Positions 13,101 through 25,165 of a DNA stretch of 64,000 nucleotides are shown here, one piece after another. The notes under the pieces were generated by a model that saw nothing but the letters and a program-made list of their open reading frames with translations, had not been told where the DNA came from and did no database searches. The first letter of the stretch is position 1. Each line of letters begins with the position of its first letter. This DNA comes from Callorhinchus milii. Taxonomy: Eukaryota. Made by a program: the position numbers and the translations under genes. The DNA lies in contig NW_024704743.1 of the NCBI RefSeq assembly GCF_018977255.1, positions 104,844,001-104,908,000 of the forward strand. The letters are read 5' to 3'.

Positions 13101-14654
13101 TCTTTCAACGATCGTCTTAAGGCTAAAATCATGAGAAATTTCAGGCCTTGTGTGACAACAGAAATGTGATGCCTACCCATCTCCCTGTTTCCAACTCACC
13201 TTTGAGAAATAAAGCCTGTCCAAGCTACAATGTATGAATTGATACTTTTGATAAGATGCTAGATGCTGCTGGAGGCTGAGGCAGAGTATTTGATTTAGGA
13301 AACAGGGCCCAATTACTTCCTAGTACAACAGAGAATGGTGAAGGAATGAGTTAAAGGAGAGAGCAGATGTTCTTTAGAAGCAGATGTCTTAAGATATAGC
13401 CCATGAGCCATTGCCTATACTTCTCTAAACCACCCATGTCATTGTATCCTCAGGCTACAGAAACCACAGCACTCGCTCCATGAACAAGGAAACATGATGT
13501 TTTAATAGAGGACAAACTTGTGAACCAGAGTGAACAGTGGGGGGGAGGTCAGACTCACAGGAGCTTCTTTAACCCTGTCATGAGGGTTTTCGTGCGGAAA
13601 GTGATATATTTATAGAAATATTATTGAAACTTTTATTGAGCTGTCAGGACTTCAAGCACAGTAAAAAAATAATAAACCTTGCATTTGATATAGAGTTTTT
13701 CATGTCTTCTAGACATCTCAAAGCACTTCACAGAATTTACTGTAAAGTGAATTGACTGTATTTGTGGGCAAAATCTCCCGCTAACATGGAGAACATGGGG
13801 TGTTCGCTGCTTGTCAGTAAAGTTCCCTACATTTGGCGATGAGCATTTAAATGTAGATTTCATTTTTGCAAGTACACACTACTAAGGGTAGTAAATTCAC
13901 CTACAAGTAGAAAAATAAAGTCAACATCAAGGTCAGTAAATTTTCTATTCAACAGAGTATAGCTCCCATCCACCGAACTGTCAAAGATCATTTCTTCCAA
14001 TACAGGCAAGCCTCAGCCTTGTCTCCATTTAAGATGTTATCCACCCAGATTAAGATGTACATACTGCAGATTCAAAGAGCAGTTCAGGCATGACCAAACA
14101 TGGAGAGTGCTGTTAATGGTGTAGTTACCCATCTTGTCCTGTATTTGCTCGCCAGCTCTCATGATCTATGCTTTTTTCTATCAATGCAGCTTCTACAAAT
14201 CTTGTGAGGAATTTTGCACATTCTCAGTGAATTTACTGACCTCGGCAGTGTAACCTTATAACGTGGAGATCCTATTATATTCTCTCAATACCAAGGCTGG
14301 TTGATTTACTGACCAGTGTAGTTTGATCCTTTAATCTCTGCACAGTTCAGAGTGGTGCAGCAAGGAAATCCTGTGCCTCCAAAAGTAGAGAATTAAAATA
14401 TGGGGTGAAAAATGAGACAGTAATAGAGCTACTCTTTGCTGCTGTGTTTTTGAAGTTGCCCTCTTTGGGTGAGATGTTAAGGTGAGGTCCTGTCCGCTAG
14501 TTCCAAAGGACGTTAAAGATCCTGCAGGGCTTTTTGAAAAGGAAAGCGAGTTTCGTCCTGGTCAATAATCCCTCAAATAAATTTGGCTCTTTGCACTTCA
14601 GGAAGGTTATGCAGTACAGGAACATCTTTTATCCTCACCAATTTTCTCTCTTCA

Positions 14655-15100
14655 CAATATCATAAGATTAATCTGGGTGAAGAAGGCCCTTCAGCCATCC
14701 GATCTCATCCCTCCAGAACATCCACCCTATTATCCCCCATCACTGCGTCAAGCAGCTTTTTTAAATGAGATCAGTATTCTGGTCTCTACCACCTCCACTG
14801 GTAACCTATTCCAGTTGCTGATTAACCTCTGAATAAAGAAAAACTTCCTGGTATCTTTCCTGAAATTGTCCTTTCCAACTCTAAACCTATTTATTGTGTC
14901 TGTCTTGATGCTACTATCTTGATGCGTCCTAAAATACTGATCTAGGTTTACTTTTGCAATCCCATTGAAAATATTATATACTTCTATGAAGTTTCCTCTG
15001 AGTCATCTTCTCTCAAGACTGAAAAGCCCTAGCTTATCTAATCATTGTTTCAGTTCATTCCTCTAAAACGTAAATGGTCCTCATTGTTCTCCTCTGCATC
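14655..15100 (-). mobile_element. CR1-clade LINE 3' end, diverged
   Basis: gaaggcccttcagcc tail hairpin region and aacctattccag...ctctgaataaagaaaaacttcct (antisense of an RKFFFIQR-like peptide). Confidence 0.7.
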
Positions 15101-16798
15101 CTGCTGAAGGAGATACTCTATGTGAACATTTACTCTGGATCATTCACTTCCCCATCTCACTTTTATTCCGCATTTCAGTTTTACAGAATTACTAACTCAA
15201 AATGTTTGTTTTAGTCTAAGGCCCAGAGCAAATTCTGTAGTCAAAGGGTGAACACACAATGGTTCCTACAAAATATTCAACTCGGTTGATTTCAGTTGAA
15301 ATGAAAGGTTCACGTGGCTAATCATTAGTGCAGTGTATCATAATTCCAACACCCAGTTTTGTTTTGTACCTAGATTCATTTTTCTCAATTTTTTGAACAA
15401 GAATGCATGTAATCTCATTCATCACTGATCCCTTCCCACCACCAACTCCCCACCTCATGCAAGCGGAGAGCTGCAGTGATTGACCTTGACCTTAACAAAG
15501 AGTCGTCTGTCTAATCCACCACCATATCAAACTCAGGCAAAATCTTTCCTTGGAATAAACAACAACACATATCAATAAGTGACTTTGGGCATTAACTATA
15601 ACCAGGCTGTCATGTGTCAAAGTTATACAAAACTTCCCTTCATTCAAGCTCCATTAATCCCAAAGGATAGATACAGGTTATCCAGCTCACAAATGAAAGA
15701 CAGCCCATTACAAATAAACAGCAGCATATCCAAGTATAAGATCAGAATTTATTTTGTTTGCAACTGTGTGCAGGAAAAATATCCTGATGCCATCAAAATA
15801 AAATTGAGGTTGCTTTTGCAAAATTTCTTAATATATTTCGTAATTAAGTCTGTTATGTTCACCCATGATAACTCCTCTCCACTCAATCCAGTTTTGGAAT
15901 GGGTTTCCCTAATGTTGTAGGGACATGTTCTACCAGGTAATGGAAAGAATTGCCACTTCGATTTCTTAATTAAGATCCCTCAAAATTGACCCCATTCCCA
16001 TTGGTGTTATAATAATAATAATCCTTGCATTTGATAGAGCACTTTTCACATCTTCTAGACGTCTCAAAGCGCTAATGCCTTCTTGGCAACATGCAGTTTC
16101 TTTTTATGTGTCTATTGCAAAAGAGGAGGAAAGTAAATCAGCTTCCAGCTTAATGTTTCAGATGTTAATTTACCTCTTTCAGGCAACCGTGCAAAGCAGA
16201 AATAAATCTTATCAGATGTTAGACAGGATACAAATGCATTCTTCTAAATAATTTCTGGAATCCTTCATGACTTAACATTAAGATCATTTTCATGAACAGC
16301 TACAAATTAAGGCTACATTTTTAAGGTTTGTCCAAAATTCTGCTTCATCTTAAATGCTAAGGCAACAACAGCCTTAAGTTTAAGGTCATTAGAAACATCA
16401 TGCCTTTGATAGCTGATGATTCTCTCACCCCTAGCCTCAAAGATCTGTCTATTCAATACAAAATATCTTATCTTTCTCTATTTCAGGCAAAAGCTGTACA
16501 GCCAACAATGACTGAAGCCAATTTAGGAAGAACAACTGAGAGCAAGGACAGAAAAATCTTTTGATAATCTTTTTTCTTTTAAAAATAACTATTTAACAAG
16601 TTTGGAGAGACATACATGATAAATTTTGTTTGTGGAGAAGTGAATCACATTTTATTCGATATTTTCTAAAGTATGATTATTACATTTGGGAACAACAACA
16701 CACTTTATTGGTTGGAAACTAAGGTCACCAGTATAAACATTCGTTACCTTCTGCTTACAGAATTCAAACGATTACAATGCCGCATTTGGCATTGTAAT

Positions 16799-16894
16799 TA
16801 CATTTAGCCGGAAATTCCGGCTCACCGGACCGGATCTCCCCAAACCCCACCCCCACCCACCCACAATTAGTCCAGCCAGCAGGAATTTAGTGTA
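16799..16894. mobile_element. Short MITE-like element (Tc1/mariner-type ends)
   Basis: Imperfect inverted arms aaattccggctcaccggac / gtccagccagcaggaattt, TA flanks, and a second copy at 54184-54257. Confidence 0.55.
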
Positions 16895-17891
16895 ATGACT
16901 GGTTTTATAACTGTTTTACGACAACTCTTTCTGAATAGCAGGGATGAGACTCATGGTGTAAAGACGTTAAGTTATAACTGATTGTGTCATTGAACCCTCC
17001 CCTGTTTACAGCATTTAAAATTAAAAGCTCCTCATTCGAAAGAAGCATGGAGGGTTTTGTCTGCACATGTGTAATAAATTTTCTGCATTCAACTGGGATA
17101 AATAGCCCCTTCATCACTGGGCACTTCCTCTTACCAGAGGGTTTAATCTGAGCCTTTTGCCAACTTTATGCCAAATTTTAATTCCTATAATCTTCAAGTG
17201 CTTTTGCTGGGAACCTGATATTATACATTGCACTGTGCTTGCCAGCTAAACCATTTGTGCCTCTGCTCATCATGTTGAAAAGTGTGTATTTGATTCTCAA
17301 TCTGCATGCTTTGCACAAGATTAACTCGCAAAGGGTCCACAATTCTACACCAGCTAATTTGTCACATTGAAATGTGAGGGATACACATTGAGCACCATCA
17401 TTCAATGCTGCATTCTTTCCTTTAAGAAAGCTTAAGACAACAACTGGAGGTTTTGGGTTAACAAAATCCTACCTTTATGTGGGTGTCCCGGTCATCTAAA
17501 CAAGGCACAAAGTCAAGAAATTATCCCCACAATTCTAAAGTTTTTTTTACACTGAGAACCAAGCTAGTGGTACAAGGTCTGTGCAGGTCACCGCTACATC
17601 TTGAATAGAGTAACAGATAAATAAGATTGATACAAAAATAGTTTTCCAGACTGCAAGAATGATTTGAATGAAGAATGCCCCAGGGCCCATATGATCTTAT
17701 CACTCCAGAATAGCTCCCCTGCTGCCACAACAGCATCAAGATGCTTTTTAAATGGCTTGGGGTTTGAAAGCCTTTTAGACAGAGACCATAAGATTACAAG
17801 AAGTAGGAGCAGAAGTAGGACATTCGGCCCCTCGAGCCTGCCCCACCATTCAATAAGATCATGGCTAATCTTCTAACCTAATTCCATTTGC

Positions 17892-20890
17892 AACAATAAC
17901 AACAACTTGAATTTATATAGCGCCCTCCACGCCGGACGGTATCTCAGAGCGCTTCACAGTAACGGATCCCAGGACTGAGCTGGGGGAGGGGAAGGAAGGT
18001 GACCAAAGGCGCGGTCGAAAAGAAAGGTCCTCAGCAGAGACCTAAAAATGGGAAGGGAGGAAGCGAGATGAAGGGAGTGAAGAAGGCAGTTCCAGAGCCT
18101 CGGAGCATAGTGCCTGAAGGCAATGCCGCCGAGGGTGAAGCGGAGGACTTGGGGGACAAGGAGGAGGCCAGACCCGGAGGAACAAAGGCAACGGGTACTA
18201 TTTTGAGGAGAGAGGAGGTCAGGAGGCTGCAGAGGAGTGCAGGGACTTGAATACAAGGGTAAGGATCTTGAAATCAATCCTCTCTGGGATAGGCAACCAG
18301 TGCAGTCTGGCAAGGACTGGGGTGATCGGGGAGCGGAGTTTCAAGTGGGTGAGAATGCGTGCGGCAGTGTTTTGAATGATTTGGATTTTATGGATGGTAG
18401 TGGTTGGGAGACCGGTGAGAAGGGCGTTAGAATAGTCCAGCCGGGAGATGACAAAGGCATGGACCAGGGTTTCAGCAGCTTTTGGGGAGAGGTATTGGCA
18501 GAGACGGGCGATGCGTCGCAGGTGGAAGAAATGGTGCTGGTGAGGGACCGGATGTGGGAGAGGAAGGATAATTGGGGGTCAAACCTGATGCTTAGGTTGC
18601 GTATGGATTCGGAAAGTTTTAGTGGGAGGTCGGGTAGGTGGAGGAGGTGAGAGCCTTGAAATTTTAGACACTGACGAGAGCCAAAGAGTATAGTTTCCGT
18701 CTTGTCAATGTTCAGCTGAAGGAAATTTGTGCTCATCCAGCCCCTGAGATCTGACAGGCAGGCTGACAGAACATCAGGGGACTGGGGGTCACAAAAAAAA
18801 GTGGAGAAATAAAGTTGGATATTGTTTGCATACATGTGGAAGTGTTCCCCATGTCTGCGGATGACATCCCCTGGAGGGAGTATATAGATCAGAAAGTGGA
18901 GGGGGCCAAGGATGGATCCTTGGGGTACCCCGCAGGTGACCCGGTGAGAGCGGGAGGAGAAGCCGTTTATGCAGATGTACTGCTGGCAGTTTGTGAGGTA
19001 GGATTCGAACCAGGCGAGTGTGGTCCCACTGAGGTGGATGATGGAGGAAAGGCGGTGGAGGAGGATGGCGTGATCGACTATGTCGAACGCGGCAGAGAGG
19101 TCCAGGAGGACAAGGAGGTCAAGGAGGTCACAGATAGAGAGGATGTTGTTTGTGACTTTCACAAGCGCAGTCTCTGTAGTGGGCAGGGTGGAAACCGGAC
19201 TGGAGGGGTTGGAAGAGGGAGTGGGAGGAGAGGTGTGCACGAAGTTGGTTGGCAACAACTCATTCTATAACTTTTGAGAGGAAGGGCAGGTTAAAAATAA
19301 GGCGGTAGTGTTTGGGGTTTGAGGGATCTAGGGAGGGTTTCTTCAGGAGGGGGATGATGACAGCAGTTTTGAGGGAGCCAGGAACTGATCCGGAGGAGAG
19401 GGATTGTTTGATGACGTCAGCCAGTAGTGGGCAGAGGAGGGGGAGCTGGGTGACCAGTAAGTTGGTGGGGAGGGGGTCGAGGCAGCAGGTGGTGGGTTTC
19501 ATGGAGGTGATGGTGGGTGAGAGGGAGGAGGGAGAGATGGGGAGGAAAGAATGTAGAATGGGGGTGGTGGTAGGAGCAGATGATGGGGAGGGTGAGGGGG
19601 ACAGAGAGGACGTGGTGGTGGGTGACAAGAGGCAGCTGGATGAGGCTGCCTGGCGAATGTTAAGTATTTTAGATGAAAAGAAGTCCATGACCTCCTCGCA
19701 CTTGGCATTTGATACGAAGATTGAGGAGGCCTGAGGGGGGGGCACGGAGGAGGTAATGGGTGGTGGAAAAAAGGATTTTAAGGTTGTGTTTAGCCTCCAA
19801 GATGATGTTGGAGTAGAAGGCCATTTTTGCGCATGTCAAAAAACGACAATAGCTGTGGAGATGCTCGAGACACAGTTGGCGGTGAAGTGTCAGGCCAGTT
19901 TTCCGCCATCGCTTGAGCAGACGGGTTTGGGTCTTTAGGTGGCGGAGATGGTTGTTGTACCAGGGGAATCGGGTGGGTTTGGAGATGGTCCTGGATTTTA
20001 GAGGGACAAGGGAGTTGAAGGTGGAAGAGAGGCGATCATGGAGCAGCTGGACGGCTGCTTCAGGATCTCCACGGGTGGAAGGCCAGTGGGATAGGATGTT
20101 TGATGATGAGAGGCCCTTTTTGAGGGTCTCAGGGGGTAGTCTTTTCCAAGGGCGGTAGAGGATTGTTGAGGGCTTGGTTGAGGAGAGAGGGATATGAGAG
20201 GAGAAGGAAATGAAAAACTGGTCCAAGATGGCCTTGCCCACTATGCTGAGGTTGGAAATGTCAAGGCCGTGGGTGATGTCGAAGTCAAGTGCATGACCAC
20301 GGTTGTGGGTGGGTGAGTTTATATGAAGGGTGCAGTTTAGGGAGGAGAGGAGGGCAGTGAAATCGGCAGAAGTGATGCAAGGGGAGTTTAGGTGGAGGTT
20401 GAAGTCACCCATTATGAGCAGGCGTTCGAAGTAAAGGGACAGGGAAGAGAGGAGAGTAGAGATGTCTGTGTGGAAGGAGCCGAGGGGCTTAGGGGTATGG
20501 TAGACAAGGAGGATTTTCAATGGGAGAGAGGGGTGGAAGAGGGTGATGTGCTTGAAGGAGGGGAAGCAGCCAGAGGAGTAGGGGGTGAGACCAAGGGAGG
20601 CTTTGAAAATGAAGGCCACCCCGTCGCCACGTTGGTTTGGACGGGTGGTGTGGTGGAAGGTGTAGCCTGGAGGGAATGCTTCCACTAGGGGGACGGGGTC
20701 ATTGGGGGAGAGCCAGATTTCGGTGAACCCCCACAAATATACAGTCAACTCACTTTACAGTGTGTTCTGTGAAGCGCTTTGGGACGTCCTCCCGACGTGA
20801 AAAGCGCTATATCAAATGCAAGGATTATTATTATTATTATTATTAAGGTGCTCGTCCAGGATGAGGTCGTGAATGGTGAGGGCTTTATTT
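17892..20890 (-). mobile_element. L2 LINE ORF2 (APE endonuclease + RT), frameshifted pseudo-copy
   Basis: NKALTIHDLILDEHL...FTEIWL...IMGDFNLH (APE), [23 protein letters not shown], and YADD decayed to YANN. It has a distinct (TTG)n 3' tail. Confidence 0.95.
20729..20845 (+). mobile_element. Young SINE 3' fragment inserted in the L2 APE domain
   Basis: ccacaaatatacagtc...gggacgtcctcccgacgtgaaaagcgctatatcaaatgcaagg(att)n interrupts the APE frame. Confidence 0.92.
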
Positions 20891-23800
20891 ACCCGTCCTA
20901 TCCCCATATCCCTTTATCCTTTAGAAATCTATCAACCTCAGTCTTGAATATGTTCAAGGACTGAGCATTCACAGCCTTCTGGGGTAGAGAATTCTACAAA
21001 TTCACTACCCTCTGAGTGAAGAAATGTTTCCCCAACTCAATTCAAAAAGGCTAACCTTTAATCTTGAGACTATGAACCCTAGTTTTAGATACTCCAACCA
21101 GGGGAAACAGTCTCATGGGATCTACCCTGTCAAGACCCTTAAGAATCTTATAGGTTTCTATAAGATCACTTCTAATTTTTCTATATTCTAGAGAATATAG
21201 GCCTAGATTACTCAACCTATCCTCATAGGTCAACCCCCTCATCCCAGGAACCAACAGTGAATCTACGCTGCACCCCCTCTAAGGCGAGTATGTCCTTTCT
21301 TAGATAAGGTGACCAAAACTGCACTAAATATTCTAGGTGAGGTCTCACCAAGGCCTTATACAACTGCAGCAAGACTTCCCTACACTTGTACTCCAACCCT
21401 TTTGCAACGAACGTAAACATGGCACTAGCTTTCCTTGTTGCTTGCTGTCTGCATACTAACTTTTTGTGACTGGTGTACAAGGACACCCAAATCCCTCTGA
21501 ACACTAACATTCCTAGTCTCTCCCCCTCTAGAAAATAATCGGCTTTTCTATTTTTACTACCTAGGTGAATAACTTCACACTTCCCCACATTATACTCCAT
21601 CTGCCACCTTCTTGCCCATGGGCTCTAATCTTATGCAACAGCCTTTTATGTGGCACCTTGTCCAATGCCTTCTGGAAATCCAAATACACCACATCTACTG
21701 GTTCCACCCTATCTAACCTGCTAGTTACATTCTCAAAAAATTCTATAAGATTTGTTAAACATGATTTCCCTTTCGTAAAGCCATGTTGACTCTGCCTAAA
21801 CATGTTATGATTTTCTAAGTACCCCATAACGACGTTCCTAATTGAGGGCTTTAGAATTTTCCCTACCACTGATGTCAGATTAACTTGTCTATAGTTCCCC
21901 ATTTTTTGTCTCCCACCCTTCTTAAATATCGGCGTTATGTTTGCGACCTTCCAATCACTGGGAACCATTCCAGAATCCAGGGAATTTCGGAAGATCAAAA
22001 CCAAAGCATCCACTATCTCTGCAGCCACCTCTTTTAAAACTCTAGGATGCAGGCCATCAGGTCCAGGGGATTTATCAGTTTTAATCCTATCAATTTCTCT
22101 AGTACTATTGCTTTACTGATGTTCATTTCTTTACGTTCCTCACTAACATTAGCCTCCAGGTTCCCCTCCATTTTCAGTGTCCTCTAACGTGAAGACAGAA
22201 GCAAAATAGTTGTTTAATGATTCTGCCATTTCTTTATTTTCCATTATAACTTCTCCTGTCTCTGCCTGCAATGGACCCACATTCACTTTTGATAGTCTTC
22301 TTCTTTATGTACTTGTAAAAACTTTTACAATCTGTCTTTATGTTCCTAGCTAGTTTACCTTCATATTCCATTTTCTCCCTCTTAATCAGTTTCTTGGTTT
22401 TCCTTTGCTGATCTCCGAAGCCCTCCCAATCCTCAGGTTTACTGCTCTTTTGGGCAGCATTATAGGCCTCTTCTTTTAATTTTATACTTTCCCTAACTTC
22501 TCTAGTTAGCCAAGGTTGAACCACTTTTCCCATGGTATTTTTATTTTTCAAGGGAATATGTGATCGGTGGGAATTATTTACTATATCTTTAAATGTTTGC
22601 CATTGCTGGTCTACCGTCATATTTTTTAATCTAATTTCCCAGTCTATTTTAGCCAAATCTTCTCTCATACCTGTAAAAAAGTTGGCTTTATTTAAATTTA
22701 AGACCCTTGCTTCGGATTCAACTATATCACTCTCTAACTTAATGTTAAATTCCATCATGTTACACTCACTCTGCCCTAGAGGAGCCTTAACTTCCAGATT
22801 GCTGATTAGCCCTATTTCATACACAAAACAAAATCTAGGATAGCCTGTTCCCTGGTTGGTTCCTCAGCATACTGTTCTGGAAAACTATCTCTAATGCATT
22901 CGATAAACTCATCCTCTAATTTACCTTTGCCAATTTGGTTTTCCCAGTCTATATGAAGATTGAAATCACCCATCATTAGTGCATTCCCCTTGTTACATGC
23001 TCCTCTAATTTCCTGACTAATATCTTGCCCAATACTGTAACTGCTGTTTGGGGGTCTATAAACTACTCCCACTAGTATTTTCTGCCCCTTGTTGTTTCTT
23101 ACCTCCACCCATACTGACTCTCCGTCCTGATTTTCTGATTTTAAATCCTTCCTCTCTACTGTTTTTATCTCAAGGAACTAAGGAGTTTTACGGTCTTGAG
23201 TTACAACAAAAGTATAGCTGTGCAGCAGCTCAAAACTGTGAAACTCCTAGACTCTTTATACAGGACAGCAGTGTTTTTTGGTTTCAATATATTTTATTGT
23301 GATACAGGGAGGCGGACAAGCAGATAGCATAATATCAAAAAATACTAAAATAAAGAGAGAATGGAAGCTAGGACCAGAAGAAAGGATTGCTTATCGGACA
23401 TTATGCCCTTTCCTTGTACCCAATCCTGTCCAGGAATAAAGAGAGATGTTTGGAAGAACTGTCACAGATACTATAGAATACAATACACACTTATACAGCA
23501 TCTATGAAGAAGTCTCATAACGCTTGAATGGATTTTGGGGCGGTATCCAAATCGTGGAAGAATTGGGGTTTTATGAAAAGGCAGAAGTTGAGAGGAAAGA
23601 AATGTATGGCAGGGAAAAAAAAAAATAGAACTTTTTTGCAGTTTGCTTTAGGAATGGAGGGGATTTGAGAATTCTGTTTGAGAGCAGAAAAAGTGAGGCT
23701 CAGAATTTTCACAGAAGGATTAAGGTTGAAACCATCCATCAAAGCTAAAAGTCAGGAGCCGTTGGTTAGTCTTGCGCGAGATGTGAAAAAAATGTGATTT

Positions 23801-24599
23801 TGAAGAATTGAATTAAATCAAATTTTCATTGCCCCAATGAAGAGCAAGGAGGAGATCAAGGTTCATTGATTCAGCCTTTCTGATTTCTAAAACTAATAAA
23901 GTTGCAAAAGCATTCAAGAATAGAGTTTCACAGCAACTCAGCACCAGCACAAACTCAATTGTCTCCTTCTGTGATGTAAACCTTCAATAATTCTATTTAA
24001 AATAGGCAAGAAGATTGCCAGTGGAGCGGCCACACTGAAAACTGCATAACAATAATCTGTGCAACTGATATGACGCTTTATCACATAATGTATCATGTTT
24101 ATCACATAATCACAAAAACAACAACAACAAATCACCATTCAAGTCGGGAGAACATCCCAAGGCACTGAAAAGTCTCAAAGCATTTCATGGGATTTTATGG
24201 TACATGTATGGACTGTGGGCCATTACAACAGCCAATTTGTGCACAGCAATGTTTTCTAAAATGCCATGAGGTGAATGGCCGATTTAACCTCTGGTGATTA
24301 TTGGACTTTAAAGATGATGCGTGATTCACAATTTAGAAGATACAGAATATGCCTTCAAACCTAGAAAATACAGAATATGCAGTAAATATCAAATCAACAG
24401 GAACTATAATTCTTAGGGAATTATCTAGACGGAAGAGTGATGTAATGGAAGTTATAGAAGAGTTTCAAGAGACAGCATTAATAGGGGTCAATTGCTCCAT
24501 TGGCAGAATAAACAGTAATTGACATTTCTCTACATTTAGCAGGTCTAATGATGGATTTACTGGGGTTATAAACAGAGCTAAAGAAGACTGTGGATTCCT

Positions 24600-25165
24600 C
24601 GTGAGCGATATACAGCATATGTATGTGAGACAGCAAAATGGCAGTCATCACAGAACCACAATTCAGCGATCATTTGCCAGTGAGGGAAAATTAGGTACAA
24701 AGCTTTCCCTGCCACTTACAATTACATTGGTTACTTCACTGATGGATCTGAGGGATTGTAGACCAGCAAAGAATTCCCTAAAACCATCCAAGTCAGCTGA
24801 TTAATAGTGTCAAATACATTGGCTCTTGCAACTGGGTTGTGATTTGTTTTAGAGGGTATTTTACAAGATTGTAATAGACATTGGTCAGCGGGGAGGAAAC
24901 GTACAGACAGATTAGGAATGAGGATTGGAGGTGATTTACCAGGCAGATCATCAATTGAGATACAGTGATCGACAAATGCTTCACCACCACTCGAGAAAGA
25001 AAGGGATTTGGTTTCAGTGGCTGTCATATTGGTAGGAAAGTAGAGGAAAAATTTGCACTGGAACTCACCAAGAAGGATGATTTCAGCAGAGACTGGGATG
25101 ACAGATTTGACTTTGATGAAAGTTGCAAAGTTCGAAAGTGGCATGGGGAACTTATAAATAACTGC
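24600..25165 (-). mobile_element. Possible very old LINE APE-endonuclease remnant
   Basis: Translations AVIYKFP...IILLGEFQ and LKQITTQ...LTLL loosely echo the YRPP, GDFN and PTR-LDL motifs. Confidence 0.3.

Larger units (their letters stand above)
17786..23171 (-). mobile_element. CR1 LINE (partial APE + RT, decayed), split by an L2 insertion at 17892-20890
   Basis: ORFs GVVYRPP...MGDFNL (22812-23108), DWKVANITPIFKKG...QHGFTKGKSCLTNL...YLDFQKALDKVPH (21561-22028) and LYKALVRPHLEY (21223-21600). The 3' UTR is split between 17786-17891 and 20891 onward. Confidence 0.93.
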
